DNA from: an uncultured cyanobacterium | GTDB taxonomy: Bacteria; Cyanobacteriota; Cyanobacteriia; Cyanobacteriales; CAWUOF01 | Assembly: GCA_963744145.1 (NCBI GenBank) | Contig: CAVUSO010000001.1 | Coordinates: forward strand, 3,584,001-3,648,000 | Direction of reading: 5' to 3' | DNA: 64,000 bases | Part shown: one piece after another, positions 30,704 through 42,118 of the stretch | How positions within the stretch are numbered: the first letter of the stretch is position 1 | How the letters are laid out: every line of letters begins with the position of its first letter | Position numbers and translations under genes: made by a program | Notes under the pieces: generated by a model | What the model was told of the DNA's origin: nothing | Database searches by the model: none | What the model saw: the letters and a program-made list of their open reading frames with translations, nothing else

Positions 30704-31163
30704 TACCTCCTCTTTGTGGCAGTCAGGTGTAGTGATCGTTACAAAAACCGTCGCAAGTATATCCTCTTAATATCAAAATTTCAAGGTTTTTTAATTTTTT
30801 GATACAAACCGCCTTCAAACCCTGAAAGCTATGTATATGAAGCTTTCCATTCTTAATTAATCAAATAATAGATTGGGTAAAATCCGGAAATCAGCTAAAA
30901 ATTTTTAACAAATTTTAAAATTGACGCTACTATTCATAAAAAATGTTACGTCTATAATGTCGTCATCTATAATTACTCATAACAGAAAATTCATCAAATC
31001 CATCAGATTGCATCTAAGTTCCGAATCAATTCAGGCTCAGGGTAGACTTAGTTTTGTCTGTAAGCCAATATTTACTTAAAGGAAACAGTATTTTAATGGC
31101 GACAAATTTGGAGTGATCTAGGGGCAATAAACCTTGCATTACCATGTACATCGAGGATTCTAG

Positions 31164-32501
31164 TTGGGGCAGTCCTTGAATAAAAAAGAGCCAACTGGTT
31201 ATGAACTAAGCCGGACTAACTTCGCGGCAGTAGATTTAAAGGGACAAGACCTCAGAGGTGCTTACTTAAAAGGCACCTATCTGCGAGGTGTTTCCTTGAG
31301 AGGAGAAGACTTGAGTGAAGCTAACTTGAGTTATTCTGACCTGATTGAAGCTGATTTAAGCGACAGCAATTTGAGTGGGGCTAATCTAGGAGAAGCTTGC
31401 TTGAATTTGGCCAATCTGAGTGGGGCTAATCTTAGTGGTGCGAATCTGAGCGAAACCAGTCTGGTTGGTGCAGATCTCAGTAACACGGATTTGAGAGGAG
31501 CTAACCTGAGAAATACTAATTTAATTGGAGCCAATTTGAATGGAGCCAATTTGAATGGGGCTAATCTTCGCGGTGCAGATTTAAGTGAAGCTGATCTGAA
31601 CAGAGCAATTTTTAAAAGAGCTGTTTACACGATTGGGACTAAATTTTCCGAAGGGTTCGATCCAGTAGCCGCAGAAGCTTATTTAATTGGTCATGGGGTT
31701 TCTCTAGCAGGAATTAACCTCACTGGTGTTAATTTGAGCGAAGCTGATCTCCGACGTGCTGATCTCCGACGTGCTAATTTGCGAAAAGCTAATTTAGCTG
31801 GTGCTAATTTAGAAAATGCCAACTTAACAAGAGCTACTCTTGATGGAGCTAACTTCAAAGGAGCTGACTTGAAAGGGGCAATCCTGCGTAGAGCTGTTTA
31901 TACTCGCAGTACCCTATTTTCTGAAGGTCTAAACCCATCTTTGTCTGGAGCTTTTTTGGTTGCTCCTAGTATCTCTCTACCTGAAGTCAATTTAAGTGGT
32001 GTAGACCTGAAAGATACTAACTTAAATAACGCTAATTTAAGTGGAGCTAATCTGGCAGGGGCTGATCTACGTGGGGTAGATTTGAGTAAAGCTAATTTAA
32101 GAAAAGCTGTTTTAGACAATGCTAATTTAGAAGGAGCTGATTTACGAGCCACTGATTTAAGTGGAGCTTGTTTAAATCAGGTTAATTTGATAGAAGCAGA
32201 TTTGCGCGGGGTAGATTTAACTAGAGCTAGTTTAAATGGTGCTAATTTAAGAGGGGCTGACTTAAGAAACGCTGATTTAACCGGAGCTACTTTACATCAA
32301 GTTAATCTAACCCAAGCAGATTTGCGCGATGCTGATTTAACTAGAGCTGAGTTAAATGGTGCTAATTTGCGAGATGCTAATTTGGATGGTGCTGATTTAA
32401 CTAATGCTAATTTAGATGGTACTCGTTTGCTAACAGGACAATTGACAGATGTAGATTTGATCGAAGCTGTAAGAGAGTTACCAACTTTTCAAGAAAAGTA
32501 A
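31164..32501 (+). CDS. Pentapeptide repeat protein
   Basis: A(D/N)LXX repeats interrupted twice by an AVYT..T.FSEG..P insert. Confidence 0.9.
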   Translation: MGQSLNKKEPTGYELSRTNFAAVDLKGQDLRGAYLKGTYLRGVSLRGEDLSEANLSYSDLIEADLSDSNLSGANLGEACLNLANLSGANLSGANLSETSLVGADLSNTDLRGANLRNTNLIGANLNGANLNGANLRGADLSEADLNRAIFKRAVYTIGTKFSEGFDPVAAEAYLIGHGVSLAGINLTGVNLSEADLRRADLRRANLRKANLAGANLENANLTRATLDGANFKGADLKGAILRRAVYTRSTLFSEGLNPSLSGAFLVAPSISLPEVNLSGVDLKDTNLNNANLSGANLAGADLRGVDLSKANLRKAVLDNANLEGADLRATDLSGACLNQVNLIEADLRGVDLTRASLNGANLRGADLRNADLTGATLHQVNLTQADLRDADLTRAELNGANLRDANLDGADLTNANLDGTRLLTGQLTDVDLIEAVRELPTFQEK

Positions 32502-32543
32502 GAAATGGGTAATTGAAAATTTTTGCTGGATCAAGGTGGATTC

Positions 32544-34100
32544 ATGTTTCAAGACATTACTGCTCAGATTAATGATTTTTCTTTATTTCCATATTTAGTG
32601 ACAGTCTCAGGAATTACTAGCATAGCAGGAATACTTAGTTGGCGATGGTGGAAATATAAGAGGGCATACAAATCACTAGAATCACTCCCTTCTCCTCCCA
32701 AACACTGGCTGTTAGGAAATCTGCCGCAAGTGTTAGTAGCAGTAAAACAGAAGAAATTATTTCGGCAATTCTTTGATTGGAGTCAGCAGTTAGGCCCGAT
32801 GTACGTGTTCTGGAATGGTAGTTCTCCAGTTGTGATTTTAAGTAACCCAAAAGTAATCGAAGATACTATCGTCAATGGCATGAGGGATGGTAGCTTAATT
32901 AGATCTAAGCGATTACGCCAAGCTTGGAACGATATCAGTGGTCCCATTATGATCGGAGAAACTGGGACTGAGTGGCAGTGGCGACGTAAGGCTTGGAACC
33001 CGGAATTCAGTTCTAGCAGTCTCTCCAAATATCTAAAAATTATTACCCAAGCTTGTGAACAAGTAATTGAGACAATCAAAGAAACTGCACCACCAAAAGA
33101 ACTTGAGGTTGATCCTCTGTTTGTCGAACTAACAATGAGGGTGATTTCCTGTCTGGTAATCGGCATTCCTGTGGATAGAAAAAGTGGGAGTTGTGAAGGC
33201 CCATCTCTGGAAGTTGGCAAGGTGTACGAAGCGACCTCTATTCTCAGCTATCGTTTCCTCCGACAAGCTGCTGGTGAAAAGATGTGGATGAAATATTTGC
33301 CAACTCAGAATTCACGAGATTATTGGGCAGCAAAGCAATATTTAACCCAATTTCTCACTCCCCTGGTAGACTTAGCTTTACAGATGAGAGAACAAAACCA
33401 GACCGATTTACCTCAAATAAGTCCTTTGTTCCGGGAATCAATGTTAGTCAAAATTGCGGCTAAAGAACCAAAATATGATCGAGAAACCTTAATCGCAGAA
33501 TCTGTTGAACTATTAATAGCTGGTACTGATACCACAGCCCATACTTTATCCTTTGCTGTAGGGGAGTTAAGCTTAAATCAAAGAGTGTTTCAACAAGCAC
33601 AGGATATCGTTGACCAAGCTTGGCAAAATCAAGGTGAGATTAACCTAGAAAGCTTCAAGGAGTTGGCTTATATTCGTGCCATTATCAAAGAGACATTGCG
33701 CCTTTATTCAGTTGCTTCAGGCTCAACTCCATTAGAGGCTCAACGCGATATGGTAATTGAGGGTAAAGGGATTCCTCGCGGGACAAGAGTATCCTGGTCA
33801 ATGCTTGCTGCGGGAAGAGATCCACAAATCTACGCTAATCCGGTCGAATTTCTGCCAGAACGTTGGTTAGACAACAATAAGGAAAATATTTCACTACCAA
33901 TGATCGACTTTGGCTCCGGGTCTCATCGTTGCTTGGGAGAGCATCTATCAATGTTGGAATCAACTATGATGCTAGCCTTATTGCTTCGCTACTTCGACTG
34001 GGAGTTAGTTAACGGGCGCTCTTCTCTGGAACAATTACAACAAAACCTGTTAATTTATCCGACGGATAAAATGCCAGTGCGCTTTCGGTTGAGAAAGTAA
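32544..34100 (+). CDS. Cytochrome P450
   Basis: AGTDTT, ETLR, PERW and FGSGSHRCLG motifs with an N-terminal anchor. Confidence 0.95.
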   Translation: MFQDITAQINDFSLFPYLVTVSGITSIAGILSWRWWKYKRAYKSLESLPSPPKHWLLGNLPQVLVAVKQKKLFRQFFDWSQQLGPMYVFWNGSSPVVILSNPKVIEDTIVNGMRDGSLIRSKRLRQAWNDISGPIMIGETGTEWQWRRKAWNPEFSSSSLSKYLKIITQACEQVIETIKETAPPKELEVDPLFVELTMRVISCLVIGIPVDRKSGSCEGPSLEVGKVYEATSILSYRFLRQAAGEKMWMKYLPTQNSRDYWAAKQYLTQFLTPLVDLALQMREQNQTDLPQISPLFRESMLVKIAAKEPKYDRETLIAESVELLIAGTDTTAHTLSFAVGELSLNQRVFQQAQDIVDQAWQNQGEINLESFKELAYIRAIIKETLRLYSVASGSTPLEAQRDMVIEGKGIPRGTRVSWSMLAAGRDPQIYANPVEFLPERWLDNNKENISLPMIDFGSGSHRCLGEHLSMLESTMMLALLLRYFDWELVNGRSSLEQLQQNLLIYPTDKMPVRFRLRK

Positions 34101-34111
34101 TTGTATTCAAC

Positions 34112-34228
34112 TAGGTATTGAAATTAGGAATAAAAACTAAATAATTTGATGAGGTACGTAGTAGCGCTTCAGCGCCAAGAACACTACTACATACCCGAAT
34201 GCTCATGTTATTTAATTTCTATTCCTTA
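34112..34228. mobile_element. Small MITE-like element carrying a GTAG...CTAC hairpin
   Basis: Imperfect TIR AGGTATTGAAATTA / TAATTTCTATTCCT. Internal GTAGTAGCGC...ACTACTAC. Confidence 0.4.
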
Positions 34229-34229
34229 G

Positions 34230-34556
34230 AGAGCGTGGTTTCATTTGGATGAACAAGTTGAATTGGCGATCGCCGAAGCTTTAAGAAGACGGAATATTGA
34301 TGTTACGACTACACCAGAAGTACAACTTTTAGGTGCAACTGATGAAGAACAATTAGCTTTTGCGACTTTTCAAAAGCGGGTAATTTTTACCAATGATGAT
34401 GATTTTTTAGTATTTCATCAGCGCGGGTTAGAACATTATGGTATCGCTTACTGTCATCAAAATAGTCGTTCCCTTGGTGAAGTTGTGCGGAGCTTAATTT
34501 TAATTTGGGAAGTCCTTGAACCATCAGATATGCAGAATCATATAGAGGTTATTTGA
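34230..34556 (+). pseudogene. DUF5615 PIN-like toxin, 5'-truncated
   Basis: Reads (W)FHLDEQV...TDEEQL...TNDDDF. The start appears to be lost, and no DUF433 partner lies upstream. Confidence 0.7.
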
Positions 34557-35022
34557 AAAAAAAAGATTCTCGGTTTCGCTCTCCAAACGGAACATCGCGT
34601 CAGGAAATCAAAGATCATTTAGCCGATCACACAGCTATTTCACAGTAATCTATTATTCGGCATTGCTGATTTACAGGATGAAAGACATAAAAGTTTGCGA
34701 TCGCTAATTAAGTGGCGATCGCGATCGCGAATGGTTCTAGCTGAATTAGCTCAACAAAATGCAGCTTTAGAAGCAGAACGTCAACAGACCAAACTGTTAC
34801 GCGATCGCGCTAAGCCACTAGGAATTAATCTAGAAACTTAGGCAGAGAAATTAAATTCCTAAGAAATCTCTCCCAATTATTAGAGATTAAATTTTTTCTC
34901 GTTGCTCGCGATCGCGCTTTCTGAGTTAGAGCAAGCAACTTTGATGAAGATGCGATCGCTTGAATTGATAATAATAATGCTGCTTACATTGATTGATAAT
35001 TAATTAAACCGAGGGCGAATTA

Positions 35023-35319
35023 TTAAATAACTTGGGAGTGAGAACAAATCCTCGAACTTTCAGAACCTGGGGCGAAGTGGCCGCGCAGTTCTGTTCGTAC
35101 CTCATCAATGGGTTGTACCAGCCCCGCTTCGACATCGGCAACACCCCGCGCCATGGCGGTATCGAGCGATTCAAACCGCTGTTTGCGTTCCATCAGAGCA
35201 CGCAATGCTTCGCGGATAATTTCGCTGTTGGAGCTATATAAACCGGAATCTACCTTCTGACGGATAAAGTTGGCCATTTGGGTTGGCAAAGTAATCGAGA
35301 GCTTTTCCGTAGATTGCAT
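35023..35319 (-). CDS. ParD-like ribbon-helix-helix antitoxin (orphan)
   Basis: LSITLP...VDSGLYSSNSEIIREALR. No intact ParE was recognised downstream. Confidence 0.8.
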   Translation of the reverse strand: MQSTEKLSITLPTQMANFIRQKVDSGLYSSNSEIIREALRALMERKQRFESLDTAMARGVADVEAGLVQPIDEVRTELRGHFAPGSESSRICSHSQVI

Positions 35320-35526
35320 AGCATTTACCCTCTGCTACTCAAATGCTTTCCTGAACTAATAGCATAAAATCCTATTATATCCTACTAATCCTAGTCTGAG
35401 AATAACCCCCAGTAAATTTCAGACTGGACAGAGTATGAGGTGAGCCAGTCCTAGTTAGGTTCAGTTTTCTCACATCTATGGCCAAAAGCAACAATCCGAT
35501 CATCGCGCCAGGAAATAAAATATCAC

Positions 35527-35556
35527 TTGACAGAACGCAGCATGAGTTGATAGATT
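35527..35556 (+). promoter_or_regulatory. Sigma70-type promoter TTGACA-N18-TAGATT
   Basis: Perfect -35 box upstream of the FAAL leader hairpin. Confidence 0.45.
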
Positions 35557-35583
35557 AAATCAGGAAAGTAAATAAATAACAAG

Positions 35584-35637
35584 AGCCGAATCTGTAGCCG
35601 ATGCTACGCATCGGCTACAGATTCGGCTTTTTTTTTT
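35584..35637 (+). terminator. 21-bp perfect hairpin plus T10 tract in the FAAL leader
   Basis: AGCCGAATCTGTAGCCGATGC-TAC-GCATCGGCTACAGATTCGGCT followed by poly-T. Confidence 0.75.
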
Positions 35638-37642
35638 AGAAATTTTTTGGCCCTGAGAGTATTTTATGGTAATGCGACCAAATCAGCAAGTAATTACATC
35701 TATATTAGAAATTCTGGAGCTAAGAGCGCAAACTCAGTCAGAGCAGCGCTGCTATACTTTTCTAAGCAGTGGGGAAACCGAGTCAGGGAGCCTGACCTAT
35801 AGAGAATTAGATCGACGAGCTAGATCGATCGCGTTCCATCTCGAATCTTACTGAGGAGAACGGGCATTACTATTATACCATTCTGGATTAGAGTTTATCA
35901 CAGCGTTTTTTGGCTGTTTATATGCGGGAGTGGTGGCAGTACCAGTATATCCTCCCAGACGTAATCAGAAATTGTCTCGTTTACTGTCAATCATCAATGA
36001 TGCCCAAGCCAAGTTAGCATTGACGACAACAGGAATATTGTCTGACTTGGAGCAGAAGTCGGAAGAGCAAACAGAATTAGCTCAGTTAACATTCGTTGCT
36101 ACCGATGCGATCGCGGCTCATAGTGAAGAATTGATCATGCGATCGATCACACCAGAAACTTTAGCGTTTTTGCAATATACTTCTGGTTCAACAGGAACAC
36201 CCAAAGGAGTGATGGTAACACATGGCAATATCATTCATAACCAGCAGTTAATTCAGGAAGCTTTTGGTCATAGTGAGAAGACCATATCTGCGGGTTGGTT
36301 GCCATTGTTTCATGATATGGGACTGATTTGGCAGATGTTGCATCCAATGTATCTGGGCACTCCCTGTATTATGATGCCCCCAGTCGCATTTCTCCAAAAG
36401 CCGATTCGTTGGTTGCAGATGATTTCTAAATATCAAGCGACTACCAGTGGTGGACCGAATTTCGCTTATGATTTATGTGTCAAAAAAATTCCAGACGAAC
36501 AATTAGCGGAACTAGACTTGAGGAGTTGGGATGTAGCTTTTAATGGATCTGAACCAGTCAGAGCAGAAACCCTGGAGCAGTTTAGTCAAAAATTTGCCAA
36601 ATGTGGTTTTCATGATCATGCCTTTTATCCTTGTTATGGCATGGCGGAGACAACGCTATTAACAACAGGTGGGGAGAAGACTCAAAGTCCAGTAGTTCAA
36701 AGAGTTAAGGCTGAGGAACTAGAGCAAAATTTAGTAGTAGAGAGTGAGAGCGAAACAGCCGAAAATCGAACATTTATAGGATGTGGTCATCCCTACCAAG
36801 ACACCACAGTAGTAATAGTTAACCCGGAGTTATTAACTCCCTGTGCAGAAAGACAAGTCGGAAAAATTTGGGTATCAGGTGGGAGTGTAGCAGCGGGATA
36901 TTGGCAGAGTCCTGAAGCAACAGCAGAAACATTTCAAGCAGCTCTAAGGGATAACGGTGCAGGTCCTTTTCTTCGCACAGGAGACTTAGGGTTTTTCCTG
37001 AATGGAGAGTTGTTTGTAACAGGGAGAAGAAAAGATTTAATTATTATTAAAGGCAGAAATCATTATCCGCAAGACCTAGAAGTAACAGTAGAAAAAAGCC
37101 ATCGTGCCCTCCGAGAGAATTGTAGTGCAGCATTTTCAGTAGAAAGGCAAGGAGAGGAAAGACTGATAGTTGCTTGTGAGGTAGAAAGAACTGAACTCAG
37201 GAAACTGAAGCTAGATGAGATTGTCAGAGAAATCCAAATTGCAGTAGCCACAGAACATGAGTTAGAAGTTGATGGAGTTGTTTTGTTGAAGACTGGAAGT
37301 ATTCCGAAAACTTCGAGTGGAAAAATTCAACGTCGAGCTTGTCAATTAGGATTTTTAGAGAATAGTTTAGAGAGTGTAGGCAGATGGGAAAAACCTCTCT
37401 CAAATGAACGGGAAATATATGTAGCACCAAGAACAGCTAATGAAGAACTCATCGCTAACATTTTCGCCCAAGTCCTAGGAATAGAAGCAGTAGGAATTCA
37501 TGACAACTTCTTTAGCTTGGGAGGACAGTCTCTCTTAGCCACCCAATTAATTTCCCGACTCCAACTTACCTTTGGCGTAGAAATACCCCTAAGAACAATC
37601 TTTGCATCACCCACAGTAGTTCAATTAGAGCAAACATTAACC

Positions 37643-39099
37643 CAGGGTTAGCGCATCTAATTTTGTCACCGAGGATACAGAATATTTTCATCAAATATGA
37701 AATATAGCCATCGAGATCAGAACATCACAAATCTGGTAGAGAAAATAGTTGACAAAAGAGCATAGAGAGTGGTAGGTGAAAAACTATACCGTCCAACTCA
37801 TAATCTCCAGGAATATTCAAATGTCTCAAGGGTTCGATATCAATATAGCTAATGCTAAACAAAACTCCCATTCTGCTAGGAAAAACCAAGTAGTAGCTGA
37901 CTTGATGGAAATACAACAGAGTTTAGTCAAGCATTTTGAAGATGTTGAAGACCCGAGAGTAAACCGAACAAAAAAACACTTATTGATAGACATTTTAGTG
38001 ATGGCAATTCTGGCCATAATAGCTGGAGCACAAGGCTGGGAAGACATTGAGAATTATGGGATTAGTAAACAAATTTGGCTAGAAGAGTTTTTAGAATTAC
38101 CCAATGGTATTCCCTCAGATGATACCTTTCGTCGAGTATTTGAAAGTATTAACCCCAACCAATTGGAGCAATGTTTTCAAGCTTGGGTAAACACCTTAGT
38201 TACTCAAATGGGAGGAGAAGTAATTGCCATAGATGGGAAGACTGTCAGAGGTTCCTATGACCGAAATCAAGGACAATCAGCATTACATTTGATTAGTGCG
38301 TGGGCTAGTGAACAACGATTAGTTTTAGCACAAATGAAAGTCCAAGATAAATCCAATGAAATTACAGCTATTCCAGCATTACTAGAGTTACTTGATATCG
38401 CTGGCTCAATTATTACTATTGATGCGATGGGGACCCAAACCGAAATTGCTCAAAAGATTATTGATAAAAAAGCTGATTATATTCTGACACTTAAAGCCAA
38501 TCATCCAACTTTACATAATCAGGTACAACAATTCTTCCAAACTGCACAGAAAAATAATTTTTCAGGAATTGATTTCACTCATGACAAACGGATTGAGAAA
38601 GGGCATCATCGGGTGGAAATTCGTGAAGTTTGGGTGCTCCCTATTACGGCCATTCCTGACCTTTACCAACCCAAATTATGGGCAGGTTTAAAAAGTATTG
38701 TCATCATTCATCGTATCCGTCATCTTTGGAACAAAACTACTTGCGAGACTCAATACTATCTTACTTCTTTAGACAACAATGCTGAATTCATAGGTCGAGC
38801 TATTCGTCAACATTGGGAAATCGAAAATTCTGCACACTGGACTTTAGATTGTACTTTTTTTGAAGATAGCTGTCGCATTCGTTCTTTTCACAGTCCTCGT
38901 AACTTTTCTCTGCTCAGACGATTAGCTCTCAACGCTCTTAATCGCGAGTCAACTTACAAACGCAGTTTACGCCAGAAAAGTAAACGCGCTGCTATGGATA
39001 ATAATTATATGCTCCAAATCCTCCTTTCTTGTTTCTCTGAGTCTACATTAGATCCTTCTTAATCCTTGTGTCAAGCCTAATTGAGATGCTCTTACCCTG
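37643..39099 (+). mobile_element. ISAs1-family insertion sequence with 10-bp TSD
   Basis: Ends CAGGGTTAGCGCATCT and AGATGCTCTTACCCTG. TSD AACATTAACC at 37633-37642 and 39100-39109. Confidence 0.95.
37776..39062 (+). CDS. ISAs1 family transposase (intact)
   Basis: IAIDGKT, KSNEITA, TIDAMG, HWEIEN and F.ED..R motifs. Confidence 0.93.
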   Translation: MKNYTVQLIISRNIQMSQGFDINIANAKQNSHSARKNQVVADLMEIQQSLVKHFEDVEDPRVNRTKKHLLIDILVMAILAIIAGAQGWEDIENYGISKQIWLEEFLELPNGIPSDDTFRRVFESINPNQLEQCFQAWVNTLVTQMGGEVIAIDGKTVRGSYDRNQGQSALHLISAWASEQRLVLAQMKVQDKSNEITAIPALLELLDIAGSIITIDAMGTQTEIAQKIIDKKADYILTLKANHPTLHNQVQQFFQTAQKNNFSGIDFTHDKRIEKGHHRVEIREVWVLPITAIPDLYQPKLWAGLKSIVIIHRIRHLWNKTTCETQYYLTSLDNNAEFIGRAIRQHWEIENSAHWTLDCTFFEDSCRIRSFHSPRNFSLLRRLALNALNRESTYKRSLRQKSKRAAMDNNYMLQILLSCFSESTLDPS

Positions 39100-39547
39100 A
39101 ACATTAACCCAGTTATGTAATACGGGAAGTGGATTAAGTCTACCTCCAATTCAACCCAGACCAGAGGGAGAAGAATTACCCCTATCATGGGCGCAAGAAC
39201 GACTGTGGTTCCTGAATCAATTAGAAGGGGCAAGTGCGACTTATAACCTAGCAGGAGCGTTTCGCATCACTGGTGATTTAGATATTAAGGCACTGCAACA
39301 AGCATTAGCAGAGATCGTCCGCCGTCACGAGGTACTACGCACAAGCTTTGCCACAGTAAATGGCACACCAGTTCATACCAATTCACTATGAAGGTACACT
39401 TAATATAGTATACTAAATATGGGCTAAAAGCAGAGGAGAGCAAATATGGCCAACAAATTTCAGGTAGAAATCCAGGAAACCGTTGAGGAACTAGCGCATC
39501 GGCTCGAACGAGCTAGCACAGGAACGAGTAAAGAAAAATTGCTGTTA

Positions 39548-41127
39548 AGTAGTCGGACAAAAGTAATAGGTACTGTATTAACTTTTGTAAAACGTATGGG
39601 TCAAGCAATAAGCTGGACAAAGTCATCGAAAAATTAGTCCAATCTGGAGAAGATTGGCCAAAGAAGTGGCTGGACAATGGGAGCAAAAAATTAGACTTAT
39701 TTTGGTAATTAAGGGGATAAGTGAGGTCGATTTTAGCTTCAAAAAAAACACCCTGATTGTGAAATAATTATAGAGCTAACTTAAAAGTTTGAAGAAAATG
39801 TCATCTCCTCCTTTGAGAATATTTTTAACATCTGCGGAAAATCAAACCTTATGGGAATTAAATAGAGCCGAGGGAGTTCCACTAAGAACAAGAGATCGGG
39901 CTGCGACATTGAGATTATCATCAATGGGATGGAAAGTGGAACAGATCGGCAAGTATCTGAACTGGTCAATTAAGACAGTGAGAGCCACAATACATCGTTG
40001 GGAAAAACAGGGATTAGCAGGATTATGGGATGCGCCTCGTCCGGGCAGGAAAAGAAAATGGAGTCAGGCAGATTTGGCAGAAATTGAAAAAAAACTAGAG
40101 ACAGAGGAACGAGCTTATAATAGTCGTCAGTTAGTGAAATATCTAGCCCAGGAAAGGCAAGTAAAACTGAGCCAAAGACAGTTGCGTCGAATCCTCAAAA
40201 AAAACTATCGGTGGAAAAGAACGAGAACATCTCTAAAAGGAAAGCAAGACCAGGAAAAAAGAGCAACTAAAAGAAATGATTTAGAGATGTTGGAATTCGC
40301 GGCAGCCGCGGGTGAAATATGTTTAAAATATTTGGATGAATCAGGATTTAGCCTGTGGGCTGAACCTGTATATACCTGGGGGAAAATCGGCCAACAGAAA
40401 CAGATCAAACAGCCTAAAAAGAAAGGGAAAAGATTAAATATATGTGGATTTTTGGCCGTGGGAGAAAGCTTTGAATATGGATTAAGTTTTAAGAGTTTTG
40501 ACAGTAAGAATTATATCAAATTAATGGATTGGCAAGCCGCGCAAGCGGAAACTAGATTGAAAGAAACGGGCAAAATAACTGTAATTGTCCAAGACCAATA
40601 TTCCGTTCACGTAAGTAAATTGACGAAGAGCAACTATGATCAATGGGAAAAACAAGGATTATATATATTCCTATTATCCAGTTACTCTCCCGAATTAAAT
40701 CTGATTGAAACGGAGTGGGAAAGAATCAAAGAAGATGAATTAGCTGGTCAAATGTTTGAGAATGAATATGAATTAACCATCGCGGTAAGAGCAGCAATCG
40801 AAGCTCGTCAAACTAGTAAGGGCTTAGAAGTAAAAAGATTTAGATTTGGTGGTCAGCCTAGCCAGGATGAACAAAAATCCTAATCGGGTTTATTCTAGTT
40901 CTAGTCAACCGGAAAAATTCCATTAATTGTTTAATGAGAGGCTGAGGCAAAACTGACCATATTTATAGTTAATAGAAAATCTGGAAATGCAGTTTTCTTA
41001 CTCTCTAGTGAAACCTATTCAGTTGGACGGAGGGAATACTTTTATATGCTTTTCTCTGGTAAATTTGTGGGTCAAATTTACTCTTAAATAAAGTTAACAT
41101 AGTTAACTTTATTTATGTCCGACTACT
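39548..41127 (+). mobile_element. IS630-family element (inner) with TA target duplication
   Basis: TA|AGTAGTCGGACA...TGTCCGACTACT|TA. Removal restores KLLLLYWIA of the outer transposase. Confidence 0.9.
39789..40883 (+). CDS. IS630 family transposase (single intact ORF)
   Basis: HTH region plus YLDESGF, VQDQYSVH and YSPELNLIE. Confidence 0.9.
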   Translation: MKKMSSPPLRIFLTSAENQTLWELNRAEGVPLRTRDRAATLRLSSMGWKVEQIGKYLNWSIKTVRATIHRWEKQGLAGLWDAPRPGRKRKWSQADLAEIEKKLETEERAYNSRQLVKYLAQERQVKLSQRQLRRILKKNYRWKRTRTSLKGKQDQEKRATKRNDLEMLEFAAAAGEICLKYLDESGFSLWAEPVYTWGKIGQQKQIKQPKKKGKRLNICGFLAVGESFEYGLSFKSFDSKNYIKLMDWQAAQAETRLKETGKITVIVQDQYSVHVSKLTKSNYDQWEKQGLYIFLLSSYSPELNLIETEWERIKEDELAGQMFENEYELTIAVRAAIEARQTSKGLEVKRFRFGGQPSQDEQKS

Positions 41128-41500
41128 TATTATACTGGATTGCTACCAAAAAAATCAGGACAAGACAAGAATTAGCTGCCATGTTAAAGCGCGATGAATC
41201 AACCATATATCGCTGGTTAAAAACTTACAAACAAGGTGGAATTACGGCATTACTAACAGTCAAAAAAGCCCCCGGAAAAGCTCCTCATGTCCCCCCCGAA
41301 GTCCGAGAAAAATTAATCAAGAAACTGCAAGAACCAACGGGGGAAACCAGTTATGGCAAATTGCGACTCTGGTTAGAAAAAGAGTGTGGAATTAAAGTCA
41401 GCTATAAAGTGGTACATGATCTAGTTCATTATAAATTAAAAGCTCACCTAAAAGTCCCCAGACCCCAAAGTAATAAAGTGGATGAAATTGCACAGGAGCA

Positions 41501-41528
41501 GTACGGGCGTATTGCGATACGCCCCTAC
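41501..41528. repeat. REP/SDR-like palindrome, copy 5
   Basis: GTACGGGCGTATTGCGATACGCCCCTAC immediately before the A7 run at the IS630 ORF junction. Confidence 0.85.
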
Positions 41529-42118
41529 AAAAAAACTGTGGTCGATCATAAAATTAATGATTAAATATTTCGGAACTGGTCAGCCAGTAAGGATCTGGTG
41601 TCAAGATGAGAGTAGATTTGGATTAATTACTATGCTGGGTAGAATGATTACCTTGAAGGGCATAAAGCCGCTAGGGAAAAAACAGTGGAAACGCGGAAAT
41701 TTTTAGGTCTATGGCGTGGTAGAACCGGCTACTGGTGAACAATATTTTCAAGATTTGCCTCATGTAAACTGTAACTATTTTCAAGAATTTTTAGATGGAT
41801 TTGCCCAAAAATATCCAGATAGTTTTAATTTAATTATTATGGATAATGGGAGTTTTCATAAAGCGCTGGATTTAACCTGGCCAGATCATGTCCTCCCGAT
41901 ATATTTGCCCGCCTATAGTCCCGAATTAAATCCCATTGAAAGATTATGGGAATATGTCAAGCGAGACCTCAAATGGGAAAACTATTCTACTGTAGATGAA
42001 CTCAAACAAAAAGTAGATCTAATACTCCAATCTCTCACCGTCGAAGAGGTTTTATCCATTTGTGGTTGGGACTATATCCTTGAGGCTATATTAAGTGCAG
42101 CTTCATAGTGAATTGGTA

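Larger units (their letters stand above)
35666..39374 (+). pseudogene. FAAL - carrier domain - condensation domain NRPS starter module, disrupted
   Basis: In-frame TGA at 35852. Motifs LQYTSGSTGTPKG, PCYGMAE, PKTSSGKI and FFSLGGQSL. After the ISAs1 the frame resumes as PLSWAQERLWFL...RHEVLRTSF and is cut by IS630 at 39375. Confidence 0.9.
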
